From NCBI GenBank assembly GCA_017441005.1, contig JAFSAM010000082.1, positions 8,656-72,655 on the forward strand: a stretch of DNA of 64,000 bases, given 5' to 3'. A model generated the notes under the pieces. It ran no database searches, was not told the DNA's origin, and saw nothing but the letters and a program-made list of their open reading frames with translations. The stretch comes from Clostridia bacterium. GTDB taxonomy: Bacteria > Bacillota > Clostridia > Oscillospirales > CAG-272. Shown piece by piece: positions 12,500-22,029 of the stretch. Within the stretch, counting starts at the first letter, position 1; each line of letters begins with the position of its first letter. The translations under genes were made by a program, and so were the position numbers.

Positions 12500-13630
12500 T
12501 TATATTTCTTTGCCTTTTACAAAGGTCTTCTTTACGTTATATTCTCTGTCGAAAATAACTATGTCGGCATTCTTACCCTTCTCGAGCGAGCCTCTTGTAT
12601 TATCGCCCAAAAGCTTTGCGGGACCTAAAGTTGAGAGAGCTATTACCTGATAATCCTCGAGTCCTGTATGATTCTTGAAATTATAAAGTGCCTTATTGAG
12701 TGTAAGCACGCTTCCCGCAATCGTTCCGTCGGGAAGTCGGCACTCGATTCCCTTCTTTGTGAGAAGCTGACCGCCGAGATCGTATTCGCCGTCCTCAAGT
12801 CCGCCGGCACGCGTGCAGTCGGTTATGAGGATCAGCTTATCCTTCTTGATGCCGTAGATAAGCTTGAAAAGTCCGGGATTTATATGGAAGGTATCCGCGA
12901 TAAGCTCGCAGGTGACGTTTTCGCTGACAAGACAGGCGCCGACAGTTCCCGGCTCTCTGTGGTTCAAAGGAGTCATTGCGTTAAAAAGATGCGTTGCGTG
13001 GCTGATGCCCGCATCGATCCCCGCCATTGCCTGCGCAAAGGTTGCCGATGTATGACCTATCGACATCACGATGTCGGTCTTTGCCTTTACCTCTTTGATG
13101 GCATCCAAAGCGCCCTCGGTCTCGGGAGCTACCGTCGTAAGCTTTATCACGTCGGAATTTCTTATCAGAAAATCAACGTCTATGTTCTTGATGTTCTCTT
13201 CTTTTTGTGCGCCCTTGTATTTAGGAGAGATGAAAGGTCCTTCTGCGTTTACACCAAGTATCTGTGCACCGTCAACACCGTTTGCCATCAGCTTTCTCAC
13301 GATGTCGAACACCTTTTCCAGCTGTTCAAACGGAACCGTCATTGTTGTGGGAAGCCATGACGTAACACCGTTTTTGGTTACTGCCTCGGACATTTCCAAA
13401 AGACCTTTTTCTATTCCGTCGGAGGAGTCCTCGCCCATATATCCGTGAATATGCAGATCGATCAGTCCCGGGGCTATTATTCCGCCCTCGGCATCATATA
13501 CGTCGCCAAAGCCGAAGCTTCCTATCTGCTCTTCATCAATAATATCAACGATCTCTCTTGAAAAAACAAGCACCTTGCCTGTTATTTCGCCGTCGGGCAT
13601 TATTATTTTTCCGTTCTTTATGTACTTCAC
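12500..13630 (-). CDS. nagA: N-acetylglucosamine-6-phosphate deacetylase
   Basis: PGLIDLHIHG, EGPFI, HLFNAM, GTIAGS; likely GTG start at 13630 with GGAGG. Confidence 0.93.
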   Translation of the reverse strand: MKYIKNGKIIMPDGEITGKVLVFSREIVDIIDEEQIGSFGFGDVYDAEGGIIAPGLIDLHIHGYMGEDSSDGIEKGLLEMSEAVTKNGVTSWLPTTMTVPFEQLEKVFDIVRKLMANGVDGAQILGVNAEGPFISPKYKGAQKEENIKNIDVDFLIRNSDVIKLTTVAPETEGALDAIKEVKAKTDIVMSIGHTSATFAQAMAGIDAGISHATHLFNAMTPLNHREPGTVGACLVSENVTCELIADTFHINPGLFKLIYGIKKDKLILITDCTRAGGLEDGEYDLGGQLLTKKGIECRLPDGTIAGSVLTLNKALYNFKNHTGLEDYQVIALSTLGPAKLLGDNTRGSLEKGKNADIVIFDREYNVKKTFVKGKEI

Positions 13631-13787
13631 AAGCCGGTCCTCCAAAAAAGACATTTCTTCCCTATTTACTATTATAAATATCCTACCACTATTTTACATT
13701 GATTTTTGTTGCTTGTTAATGTAATTATGTATCTTTTTTTAAAACCTGTCTTTCGTTTCCAAATGCGACAAAATCCTTACAAGCTTT

Positions 13788-14702
13788 ATGATAACATATT
13801 TAATGAAAAATTCAATAGATCGGGGGGATTTTGCTATTGAAAGAGTTATTTACGGCGACGTATTGATGGTAATCAACTTCAGTATGGATTTTCTTGCACT
13901 CTACATAACGGGTAAAATTATGCACAACCGACAAAGACCCTTTTTTCTCACCCTTTCCGCAGTCATCGGAGCAGTATATTCACTTGTAATTCTGTCGCTT
14001 GACTCTGACGGCATCGTCGGGGGAACGGTAAGTATTTTGGCTGCCTTCCTGCTTACGTTTGTAGCCTACGGAAAGCAAAAAATTTCCGTACTGATAAAAA
14101 ATACGGCAGTTTTTTACATAGTAAATTTTGCTTTGGGAGGTGGCATCACCGCACTTTGTAACCTGCTGAACATGTGGCAAAACAAGCAAAATGTTATGAT
14201 CAACGGTACGTTCGACGTGGTATACGGCGATATACCTCTGGGTCTTCTTGTTATCTTAGGACCTCTTTGCGGTCTGTTTTCTCTTGTTTCGGGCAAGCTC
14301 ATCAAAAAGAAAACCGCACAAAGGAAGTGCTCTCTGTCAATAACCCTTGATCAAACATCGGTTTGTATCGACGCTCTTGTGGATTCGGGAAACTTGCTCA
14401 CCGAGCCCATAAGCGGAAAGCCGGTCATAATAACAGCCTTCGAAGCCGTGAGAAGGCTTATTCCGCTTGAGCTCTTCTCGCTGTTCAAAAGCCGTGATAC
14501 GTCCTGTCTCGGAATCTGTACCTACGCATCAAGGGTCAGGGTCATACCTACTTCTACCGTTAACGGAAAGGGTATTCTCTATGCCCTTTTTCCCGATAGA
14601 GTCACAGTCGACGGCAAAGAAGTCGACGTCTATATTGCCATATCGCCCGACACAGAAAGTTTCGACGGCTTTACGGCTATTGTTCCCAACACAGTTATTT
14701 AA
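13788..14702 (+). CDS. spoIIGA: Pro-sigmaE processing aspartic peptidase (start uncertain, possibly ATT 13836)
   Basis: IYGDVLMVINFSMD N-terminus, multiple TM segments, catalytic LVDSGN, directly upstream of sigE. Confidence 0.9.
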   Translation: MITYLMKNSIDRGDFAIERVIYGDVLMVINFSMDFLALYITGKIMHNRQRPFFLTLSAVIGAVYSLVILSLDSDGIVGGTVSILAAFLLTFVAYGKQKISVLIKNTAVFYIVNFALGGGITALCNLLNMWQNKQNVMINGTFDVVYGDIPLGLLVILGPLCGLFSLVSGKLIKKKTAQRKCSLSITLDQTSVCIDALVDSGNLLTEPISGKPVIITAFEAVRRLIPLELFSLFKSRDTSCLGICTYASRVRVIPTSTVNGKGILYALFPDRVTVDGKEVDVYIAISPDTESFDGFTAIVPNTVI

Positions 14703-14733
14703 CGCAACTACTCGAAAGAAAAGGTGAAAACAA

Positions 14734-15444
14734 ATGCTTAAACATCTATCTGCACTCATCCGTCTGGCTAAAAAACTTATACTGAAAAAACAAAACGGAG
14801 TCTTTTACATAAACGGCCCCGAAACACTCCCTCCTCCTCTTGATACCGAAGAAGAAAACAGGTGCCTTGAGGGGCTTCTCGTCAACGACTCGGTCGCAAA
14901 AAACACTCTTGTTGAACACAATCTGCGGCTTGTAGTCTATATTGCAAAAAAATTCGAAAATACCGGCATCGGTCTTGAGGACCTTATATCGATCGGGACT
15001 ATCGGACTTATAAAAGCGATCAACACCTTTAATCCGCAAAAAAATATTAAGCTTGCGACGTACGCAAGCCGTTGCATCGAAAACGAGATTCTTATGTATA
15101 TCCGCAAGACAAACAACCAAAAGCTTGAAATTTCAATAGATGAACCCATCAACATTGACTGGGACGGAAACGAGCTCCTTCTTTCAGATATCTTGGGCTC
15201 CGACGGCGACTCGGTCTACAGTGACCTTGAGTCGGACGAGGACAGGAAAATTGTAAAAAAAGCGATATCAGAGTTAAATGACCGAGATCGGCTAATCATC
15301 ACCCTGCGCTTCGGCCTTGAAACGGGTAACGAAAAAACACAGAAAGAGGTTGCCGACCTCCTCGGCATTTCTCAATCATACATTTCCCGCCTTGAAAAAC
15401 GCATCATCGAAAAACTCAAAAGGGAGATCGGCAACAAGATCTGA
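14734..15444 (+). CDS. sigE: Mother-cell sporulation sigma factor E
   Basis: Pro-sequence then [46 protein letters not shown]. Confidence 0.95.
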   Translation: MLKHLSALIRLAKKLILKKQNGVFYINGPETLPPPLDTEEENRCLEGLLVNDSVAKNTLVEHNLRLVVYIAKKFENTGIGLEDLISIGTIGLIKAINTFNPQKNIKLATYASRCIENEILMYIRKTNNQKLEISIDEPINIDWDGNELLLSDILGSDGDSVYSDLESDEDRKIVKKAISELNDRDRLIITLRFGLETGNEKTQKEVADLLGISQSYISRLEKRIIEKLKREIGNKI

Positions 15445-15449
15445 TCATC

Positions 15450-16058
15450 TTATTTAAAAAGCTCGGCAATATCGCTGAACCATTCGAGTATACGAAATCT
15501 TATCACGTACTTCGGTTTGTCGGCATCGGTCAGCACCTTGACTTGATTGGGAGTAAACCCAGTCTCCACAAGCGCCTCCTCCATATCCGCCTCTGCCGCC
15601 TTAGTGCACAGAGGCGGAAAAAGCACACACCACCAGTTTTGTCCTGTGCTCTGTCCAATGTTCACCCGCAGCGATTTGTATCTGCCCGACGGCAGTCTGA
15701 CCTCACCGTATTCCCTCTCGGGATAATATTCCTCGGTAAAGCTTACTGTTACGTCATAATCAAAGCCGTTTTCTTCGACGGTCTTCACCGCTGTATTCTT
15801 CAACGTATCAAGGTTGTCCGTAAGCAATCTTTCTGCCGCATCCTTGTCTGTACATCCGTCTAATATACGACAGGTCTCTTCGACTACGGCATCCCGAACC
15901 AACAGCTTCAGCGACTGGTCCTCGGTGCTGTCGGAGTTTGCAAGCACGTGAAGCCGCAAGGTCTTTTCATACACCTCTCCCTCTCCCCTTACGGGAAGAA
16001 AGGGCATAATCAGCATAAGTAAAACAACAGACACACAAAATGTAATTCTTTTTTTCAT
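15450..16058 (-). CDS. spoIIR: Stage II sporulation protein R
   Basis: LRLHVLANSDSTEDQSLKLLVRD and GQNWWCVLFPPLC signatures, signal peptide. Confidence 0.93.
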   Translation of the reverse strand: MKKRITFCVSVVLLMLIMPFLPVRGEGEVYEKTLRLHVLANSDSTEDQSLKLLVRDAVVEETCRILDGCTDKDAAERLLTDNLDTLKNTAVKTVEENGFDYDVTVSFTEEYYPEREYGEVRLPSGRYKSLRVNIGQSTGQNWWCVLFPPLCTKAAEADMEEALVETGFTPNQVKVLTDADKPKYVIRFRILEWFSDIAELFK

Positions 16059-16084
16059 ATTTCAAAACCACCTTTCTATGCTTT

Positions 16085-16113
16085 GAGTATGGACGTTTTT
16101 TCGAAGTTTATTC
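16085..16113 (-). promoter_or_regulatory. Candidate forespore sigmaF/sigmaG promoter of spoIIR
   Basis: GAATA-N17-CATACTC on minus strand. Confidence 0.5.
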
Positions 16114-16190
16114 AAAGATCACAAAATTTGTTTTTTTTGATTATTTCATTCTTTTAAAAACAATAATCACAAAAAAGGAGGTTTTAAAAT

Positions 16191-16472
16191 ATGTACAAAG
16201 GAATACAGAAAAGAGCCGTGGTCCTGCGTCCCGGCGCAAACAGTATTATCGAAGAGGCCTATTTTATCTTAAAGGATGATTTTTCAAGCATCAAAGAGTC
16301 GGAAATGATACGCGAGGCAAACAAGATCTTAAAAAACAACATCGTGGCGGGGTATTTTTTCGAGGCTGAAAAAACACCTACTCCCCCTAAGAAAAACGGT
16401 ATGGTAAGCTTTCTTGCCGGGGGATTACTGTCATTCGTTCTTTCTACCGTACTGTTTCTTTTGATAAAATAA
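16191..16472 (+). CDS. Hypothetical protein with C-terminal TM helix
   Basis: AAGGAGG RBS, 93 aa, IEEAYFILKD core. Confidence 0.7.
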   Translation: MYKGIQKRAVVLRPGANSIIEEAYFILKDDFSSIKESEMIREANKILKNNIVAGYFFEAEKTPTPPKKNGMVSFLAGGLLSFVLSTVLFLLIK

Positions 16473-16552
16473 TACGTTTTTTCATTTCGTCACAAAATAT
16501 TCATATATTTGTGTTATACTATCGCTTGAATTAAACGGTACGTTTTAAAAAA

Positions 16553-16698
16553 ATCATAAAAACAGCGCCGCTTTCTGCGTTTTTCAAGAAAGCTATGTGC
16601 AAGATCGCCCGGCACGGCTCTGTTCTTTATGATACATATCTATCCTATGCAAAGCATGCTGAACGTTACATGCTTTGTCTTTTCGTTTTGTTTTTTTA
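16553..16698 (+). ncRNA. Candidate structured leader RNA (3-way junction plus terminator-like hairpin) upstream of rnj
   Basis: P1 16553-16569/16616-16633, P2 GCTTTCT/AGAAAGC, P3 GTGC/GCAC, then GCAAAGCATG/CATGCTTTGT plus U-rich tail; extended -10 TGtTATACT at 16512-16520. Confidence 0.45.
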
Positions 16699-16724
16699 AT
16701 TTTTAATTTCAGAAAGGATTTTTT

Positions 16725-18398
16725 ATGCCTAAAAAGAACACACCAAAGCTTCGTGTGATCAGCCTCGGCGGTCTCAACGAAGTGGGTAAAAATATTACGG
16801 TATTTGAATATCAGGACGATATCATAATCGTAGACTGCGGTCTCGGCTTCCCCGACAACGAAATGCTTGGAGTCGACCTTGTCATTCCGGATATTTCTTA
16901 CCTCGAAAAAAACAGCTCAAAAATCAAGGGGATTTTTCTCACCCACGGTCACGAGGACCATATCGGTGCTATTCCCTACGTTCTGCGCACCATTAATCCC
17001 CCTATCTACGGTACAAAACTTACTCTGGGTATCATCGAAAATAAATTGACCGAGCACGTGCTCGATTCCAAGCCTCAGCTCATCTGCGTAAAACCCGGAG
17101 ATACCGTCAAGGCGGGTGTATTCTCTGTTGAATTCATCCACGTTAACCACTCGATCGCCGATGCCTGCTGTCTTGCGATCAAAACTCCCGTCGGTATGGT
17201 CATCCACTCCGGCGACTTCAAGCTCGACCTCACCCCCGTCGACGGCGACATCATGAACATCACAAAGCTCGGAGAGTTGGGCAACAAGGGTGTTACCCTC
17301 CTCCTCTGCGAATCCACCAACGCCGAAGAGCCCGGATATACCATGTCCGAAAAGACCGTCGGTGCATCACTCGAAAACATTTTTATGCACCATACGGACA
17401 AGCGTATCGTAATTGCCACCTTCTCTTCAAACGTGCACAGAGTTCAGCAGATCATTAACACGAGCGAAAAATACGGCAGAAAGGTCGCAGTGCTCGGCAG
17501 AAGCATGCAGAATATCGTAAGAGCTGCACACGAACTCGGTTATATGAACATTCCCGAAGGCACTCTTATTGATATAAATGAAATAAAACGCTTCCGTCCC
17601 GATCAGCTCACGTTGGTCACAACCGGAAGTCAGGGCGAGCCTATGTCCGCCCTCTACAGAATGGCATTTTCGGATCACGATAAGGTTATACTCGACTCCA
17701 ACGACCTGGTCGTTATAAGTGCACACCCCATCCCGGGCAACGAAAAGCTTGTCAACAAGATCATAAACGAGCTCATGAAAAAAGGTGTATCCGTCTTTCA
17801 GGACAACCTCATCGAGGTTCACGTATCGGGTCACGGCTGTCAGGAAGAGCTTAAGCTTATGCACGCACTTACAAAACCAAAGTATTTCGTCCCAATTCAC
17901 GGCGAGTGCAGACATCTTATGCAACACAGAGACCTTGCCCTTCAAATGGGTATGTCGCCCGAAAACATTCTGGTCAGCGACATCGGTAAAGTGATCGAGG
18001 TCGACAAAAACGGTATTCGATTCAACGGCACGGTTCCCGCAGGTAAGGTGCTCGTCGACGGCTACGGAGTCGGCGACGTCGGAAACATAGTCCTCCGCGA
18101 CAGACGTCATCTCGCCCTCGACGGTCTTATTGTCGTGGTTGCAACGGTCGATATAGAAGAACGTACCGTCATTTCCGGGCCCGATATCATTTCGAGAGGC
18201 TTTGTCTACGTCAGAGAAGCAGAAGAATTACTCTGCACCGTCAAAGAGATCGCGACAGACGCACTCTGGGATTGCCTTGAAGACGATATCACCGATTGGA
18301 CACATATAAAAAACAGAGTCAAGGATAAGGTGAGCAGATATCTGGTCGACAAAACCAACCGCAAACCCATGATTTTGCCCCTCATTATGAACGTTTAA
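16725..18398 (+). CDS. rnj: Ribonuclease J
   Basis: LGGLNEVGKN, THGHEDHIG, GSQGEPM, HVSGH. Confidence 0.95.
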   Translation: MPKKNTPKLRVISLGGLNEVGKNITVFEYQDDIIIVDCGLGFPDNEMLGVDLVIPDISYLEKNSSKIKGIFLTHGHEDHIGAIPYVLRTINPPIYGTKLTLGIIENKLTEHVLDSKPQLICVKPGDTVKAGVFSVEFIHVNHSIADACCLAIKTPVGMVIHSGDFKLDLTPVDGDIMNITKLGELGNKGVTLLLCESTNAEEPGYTMSEKTVGASLENIFMHHTDKRIVIATFSSNVHRVQQIINTSEKYGRKVAVLGRSMQNIVRAAHELGYMNIPEGTLIDINEIKRFRPDQLTLVTTGSQGEPMSALYRMAFSDHDKVILDSNDLVVISAHPIPGNEKLVNKIINELMKKGVSVFQDNLIEVHVSGHGCQEELKLMHALTKPKYFVPIHGECRHLMQHRDLALQMGMSPENILVSDIGKVIEVDKNGIRFNGTVPAGKVLVDGYGVGDVGNIVLRDRRHLALDGLIVVVATVDIEERTVISGPDIISRGFVYVREAEELLCTVKEIATDALWDCLEDDITDWTHIKNRVKDKVSRYLVDKTNRKPMILPLIMNV

Positions 18399-18450
18399 AA
18401 AAATTGTACAAAAAATTTCGTCTTTTTTTGAAAAAAAGTTAAAAATACTA

Positions 18451-18479
18451 TTGCAATTGCAGATTTTTTGTGGTATTAT
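18451..18479 (+). promoter_or_regulatory. SigmaA promoter of secG
   Basis: TTGCAA-N17-TATTAT with TG extension. Confidence 0.55.
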
Positions 18480-18535
18480 ATTCCTACTGTCTAAAAATAT
18501 GTTTAAAAATAGTATTCTTTCCGGAGGTTATATAA

Positions 18536-18985
18536 ATGGAAACATTGGGAACTATATTAGGCGTTATACTTTTGGTATTGGCCGTATTTATCATCGTTGC
18601 TGTGCTTATGCAGCAGGGTAAATCCAAGGGTATGGGTGCTGTCGGCGGCGGATCCGGCGCAGACTCCTTCTACGGTAAAAACAAGGGTAATACCTGGGAT
18701 AAAAAGCTTGCAAAGATTACTACTATTTGCGGTATCGTTTTCGTCGTGATCGTTCTTTTGGTATACATCATCCAAAAGGATATTAACGCAGACGATTACT
18801 TCGATGATAACATCGGACAGGGCGAGACCACAGCAGCCGCAACAACTGCTCCTTCGACTCCCGAAGGTGAAACAGAGCCCGCTGCTACAGATGCAGCTAC
18901 AGATCCTGTTTCTTCGGAAGGTACGACCGAGCCCGCCACAGGGGCAACGACAGAACCTGAAACATCAGCTCCCGCAAACACCTAA
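18536..18985 (+). CDS. secG: Preprotein translocase subunit SecG with long C-terminal tail
   Basis: VLMQQGKSKGMGAVGGG, two TM helices, synteny with rnr. Confidence 0.88.
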   Translation: METLGTILGVILLVLAVFIIVAVLMQQGKSKGMGAVGGGSGADSFYGKNKGNTWDKKLAKITTICGIVFVVIVLLVYIIQKDINADDYFDDNIGQGETTAAATTAPSTPEGETEPAATDAATDPVSSEGTTEPATGATTEPETSAPANT

Positions 18986-18996
18986 ACACAAAGCAT

Positions 18997-19030
18997 ATCC
19001 GCCTTTTGATCAAGGCGGATTATTTTTTTT
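18997..19030 (+). terminator. Intrinsic terminator between secG and rnr
   Basis: ATCCGCCTT...AAGGCGGAT plus T-run. Confidence 0.75.
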
Positions 19031-19049
19031 AGAAATCTCAGGAGAATAA

Positions 19050-21194
19050 ATGGAATTAAAAGAAATAATTAAAGAATATTTAAATGAAGAAGACCTGTCA
19101 TACAAGCCTTACGAGCTTTATACGGCAATATGCGGAGATGCTACCGATCAATACGATGCCTTTTACAAAGCACTGGGCGCTCTCGAAAAGGAGGGCGAAA
19201 TAGTTTATACGAAAAAGGGCAAAATCATGGCGATCAGATTCTCCGGTGTCGTAAGGGGGACTTTCCGTGCCTCGGCAAAGGGCTTCGGCTTTGTCACTCC
19301 CGACGGACAGGACGTAAAGAAGTGTGATATCTTCATTCCCCGCGATAACACATTCGACGCCATTGAGGGCGACACGGTCCTTGTAAGCCTTTCTAAACCC
19401 AAAAACAGGACTTCGGTCGGTCAGAGCGACGAGGGAAAAGTCATAAAGATCGTCTCCCACAGTCTTAAGACCCTTGTGGGTACCCTTCTTGTCGCAAAAG
19501 GCCGGAATCACCGTAAGCCGCTTTTCTACATTGTTCCCGACAACAAGCGACACAATCTTGATATTACCGTCGAACGCGCTGACCTCAACGGTGCTGACGT
19601 GGGCGACAAGGTGGAAATCGAGATCACAAAATATCCTACAGGCAGAAATGCGGGTAAAGGAAAGGTCACCACCGTATTCGGTGAAAGCGATTCTCTGCTT
19701 GCAAACTATAATGCGGTCTTACACAGCCACAACATCAAAACGCTGTTCCCGAAGAACGTGCTCGACGATGCCGACAGCTTATCACGCAGCGACATCACTC
19801 CCGACGGCAGACTCGATCTCAGGGATAGGCTCATATTCACGATCGACGGAATCGATGCAAAAGACCTCGACGATGCCATCTCTGTAGAAAAGACAGATAA
19901 CGGCTATATTCTCGGAGTTCACATTGCCGACGTTTCGCACTATGTCACAGAAAACACTCCTCTTGACGAAGAGGCATTTACGCGCGGCACAAGCGTTTAC
20001 TTTGCCGACAAGGTCGTGCCCATGCTCCCCAAAGCATTGTCCAACGGCATTTGCTCGCTTAATAAGGGTGTCGACAGGTATACGCTGTCCGCCTTCGTTA
20101 CCCTTGATAAAAAGGGCGAAATTATTGATGTCGATATTAAAGAGTCCATCATCAACTCGAAGATACGCGGTGTATACTCGGAATTAAACGACGTTATCGA
20201 ATACGGAGACGGCTCCGAATATTATGAAAAATACAGTCCCGTGCTCGGAAAAACGCTTGACACAATGCTTGAGCTTTATGATATTCTGGCAAAAAAATCT
20301 GCCAAAAGAGGTGCTCTCGACATTGAAACGAGCGAAGCCAAGATCATCGTAAACGAATTCAATGAGCCTACCGACATCATCAAGATCGAACGCGGTATTT
20401 CCGAAATGCTCATCGAACAATTTATGCTCTGTGCAAACGAGGGTGTGGCAAACTGGCTTTCGTGGCGCGATATGCCGTGCGTTTACAGGATACACGAAAA
20501 TCCCGATCCCGAAAAGATCAGGACCTTTGATCTTTTCGCCCACAACCTCGGCATCAACACAAATCCGTTGCACACCAAGACCCTGCATCCCACAGCCCTC
20601 CGCCGTGTTCTCGGTGAAGCGAAGGAAAAGCAGCTCGACAGCATTCTTTCAAAAATTCTGCTCCGCTGCCTTATGAAGGCTAAATATTCGTCTAACTGCT
20701 CTCCACACTTTGGTCTCGCAATCGACAAATACTGCCACTTCACATCGCCCATCCGGCGTTATCCCGACCTTGCGACTCACAGGATCATAAAAAAGGTGCT
20801 GAAAAACGAGATAACCGAAAAGAACATCGGCAAATACACCGCCTTTGCGACACAAGCGGCAATAGCCTCCAGCGAAAACGAGGTCAAAGCACAAATGGCG
20901 GAAAGGGATATCGAAGATCTTTACAAGACCGTATATATGCTTGACTATATCGGAGAGACATTTAGGGGCGTTATCACAAGCGTAACGTCATTCGGATTCT
21001 TTGTAGAACTGCCGAACACCTGCGAGGGCCTTGTTCCGATATCCTCACTCGACGGCTACTATGACTTTGACGAAAGAAGCTTCACCCTTTCAAACGGCAG
21101 AGATATTTTTTCTCTCGGTATGGAGGTCGAGGTCATCATCGAGGACGTCGACATTATCACAAGAAAGACCGATATGCGCGTAATTATGCAGTAA
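19050..21194 (+). CDS. rnr: Ribonuclease R
   Basis: TIDGIDAKDLDDA, HFTSPIRRYPDL, CSD and S1 domains. Confidence 0.95.
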   Translation: MELKEIIKEYLNEEDLSYKPYELYTAICGDATDQYDAFYKALGALEKEGEIVYTKKGKIMAIRFSGVVRGTFRASAKGFGFVTPDGQDVKKCDIFIPRDNTFDAIEGDTVLVSLSKPKNRTSVGQSDEGKVIKIVSHSLKTLVGTLLVAKGRNHRKPLFYIVPDNKRHNLDITVERADLNGADVGDKVEIEITKYPTGRNAGKGKVTTVFGESDSLLANYNAVLHSHNIKTLFPKNVLDDADSLSRSDITPDGRLDLRDRLIFTIDGIDAKDLDDAISVEKTDNGYILGVHIADVSHYVTENTPLDEEAFTRGTSVYFADKVVPMLPKALSNGICSLNKGVDRYTLSAFVTLDKKGEIIDVDIKESIINSKIRGVYSELNDVIEYGDGSEYYEKYSPVLGKTLDTMLELYDILAKKSAKRGALDIETSEAKIIVNEFNEPTDIIKIERGISEMLIEQFMLCANEGVANWLSWRDMPCVYRIHENPDPEKIRTFDLFAHNLGINTNPLHTKTLHPTALRRVLGEAKEKQLDSILSKILLRCLMKAKYSSNCSPHFGLAIDKYCHFTSPIRRYPDLATHRIIKKVLKNEITEKNIGKYTAFATQAAIASSENEVKAQMAERDIEDLYKTVYMLDYIGETFRGVITSVTSFGFFVELPNTCEGLVPISSLDGYYDFDERSFTLSNGRDIFSLGMEVEVIIEDVDIITRKTDMRVIMQ

Positions 21195-21205
21195 CCGCAA
21201 AACAC

Positions 21206-21238
21206 AAAGAATCCGTTGTAAAAACAACGGATTCTTTT
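21206..21238. terminator. Bidirectional terminator rnr/sleB
   Basis: AAAGAATCCGTTG...CAACGGATTCTTTT. Confidence 0.8.
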
Positions 21239-21240
21239 AT

Positions 21241-21894
21241 TCATCTGCAAAAATATATGTCACCGCTTTGAAAAGTAACTATCCTGCCTTGACTTCCGCC
21301 GTGTAGGATATACAGTGCACCGTCGGTTGGATCGTATCCCATCAATGCATCCTCCGCCGCTCTGTAGGCGAGCTCCGACGGCTTAACATCGTTGATGCTC
21401 CCGTCAACGATCGAATCAAATGAGCCGCCCGAATACACTACCTGCAAAACCGTATCGGGAAACCCGTTATTATTCACTCTGTTCATTACAACGGCTCCGA
21501 CAGCCGTCATTGTCTGCAGATCTGTCCCCTTCGCCTCTGCCTCAATAAGACTCGCCATTACGTCTACCTCAAAATCGCTATAGGTATATATGTTAAGACC
21601 CATTGCCTGCAAAGTCTCGTTTCCGCACACTCCGTCGGCATAAATCCCGTTGTATTCCTGAAAACGTCTGACTGCATCTGCCGTATCAACGTCATATATT
21701 CCGTCGCACTTTCCATCATATATTCCGAGTTCCTTCAGCCTTTTTTGGACCAATACAACCCTTTCTCCCTCTTCGCCGCTCTTCACCCTCGTTTCGATCG
21801 CCCTGTTAAACACACTTGTATACACGCCCATCACGACCACCATCACAAGCACGGTTATTGCACTTACCTTGATTCCGTATAAGATCTTCTTCAT
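21241..21894 (-). CDS. sleB: SleB-like spore cortex-lytic enzyme (PG-binding plus Hydrolase_2)
   Basis: VQKRLKELG..DGIYDVDTADAVRRFQ, LIEAEA, VGAVVMNRV, GYDPTDGALY; start MKKILYG with AAGGAG. Confidence 0.8.
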   Translation of the reverse strand: MKKILYGIKVSAITVLVMVVVMGVYTSVFNRAIETRVKSGEEGERVVLVQKRLKELGIYDGKCDGIYDVDTADAVRRFQEYNGIYADGVCGNETLQAMGLNIYTYSDFEVDVMASLIEAEAKGTDLQTMTAVGAVVMNRVNNNGFPDTVLQVVYSGGSFDSIVDGSINDVKPSELAYRAAEDALMGYDPTDGALYILHGGSQGRIVTFQSGDIYFCR

Positions 21895-21917
21895 TTTTTC
21901 AGTCTCCTTTTTTATTC

Positions 21918-21947
21918 TATTGTTGCCGTTATTTTTCCTTTGCATTC
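21918..21947 (-). promoter_or_regulatory. Candidate sigmaF/sigmaG promoter of sleB-like gene
   Basis: GAATG-N15-GGCAACAATA on minus strand. Confidence 0.5.
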
Positions 21948-22029
21948 GCTTTTTTACTTAAATTTATTTGTTGACACTTATTTTGCTTTATGATAAAATA
22001 GAAATGTATGTCATTATGGGAGGTATAAT

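Noticed and set aside
16486-16492. Spo0A box (TGACGAA, minus strand) upstream of rnj
   Set aside because: A single degenerate 7-mer is expected by chance; no second site
16553-16633. Purine riboswitch, 6S RNA or SRP RNA
   Set aside because: Lacks the UAUAAU/UUUCUACC core and the SRP GGAA domain, and does not have the 6S length or shape
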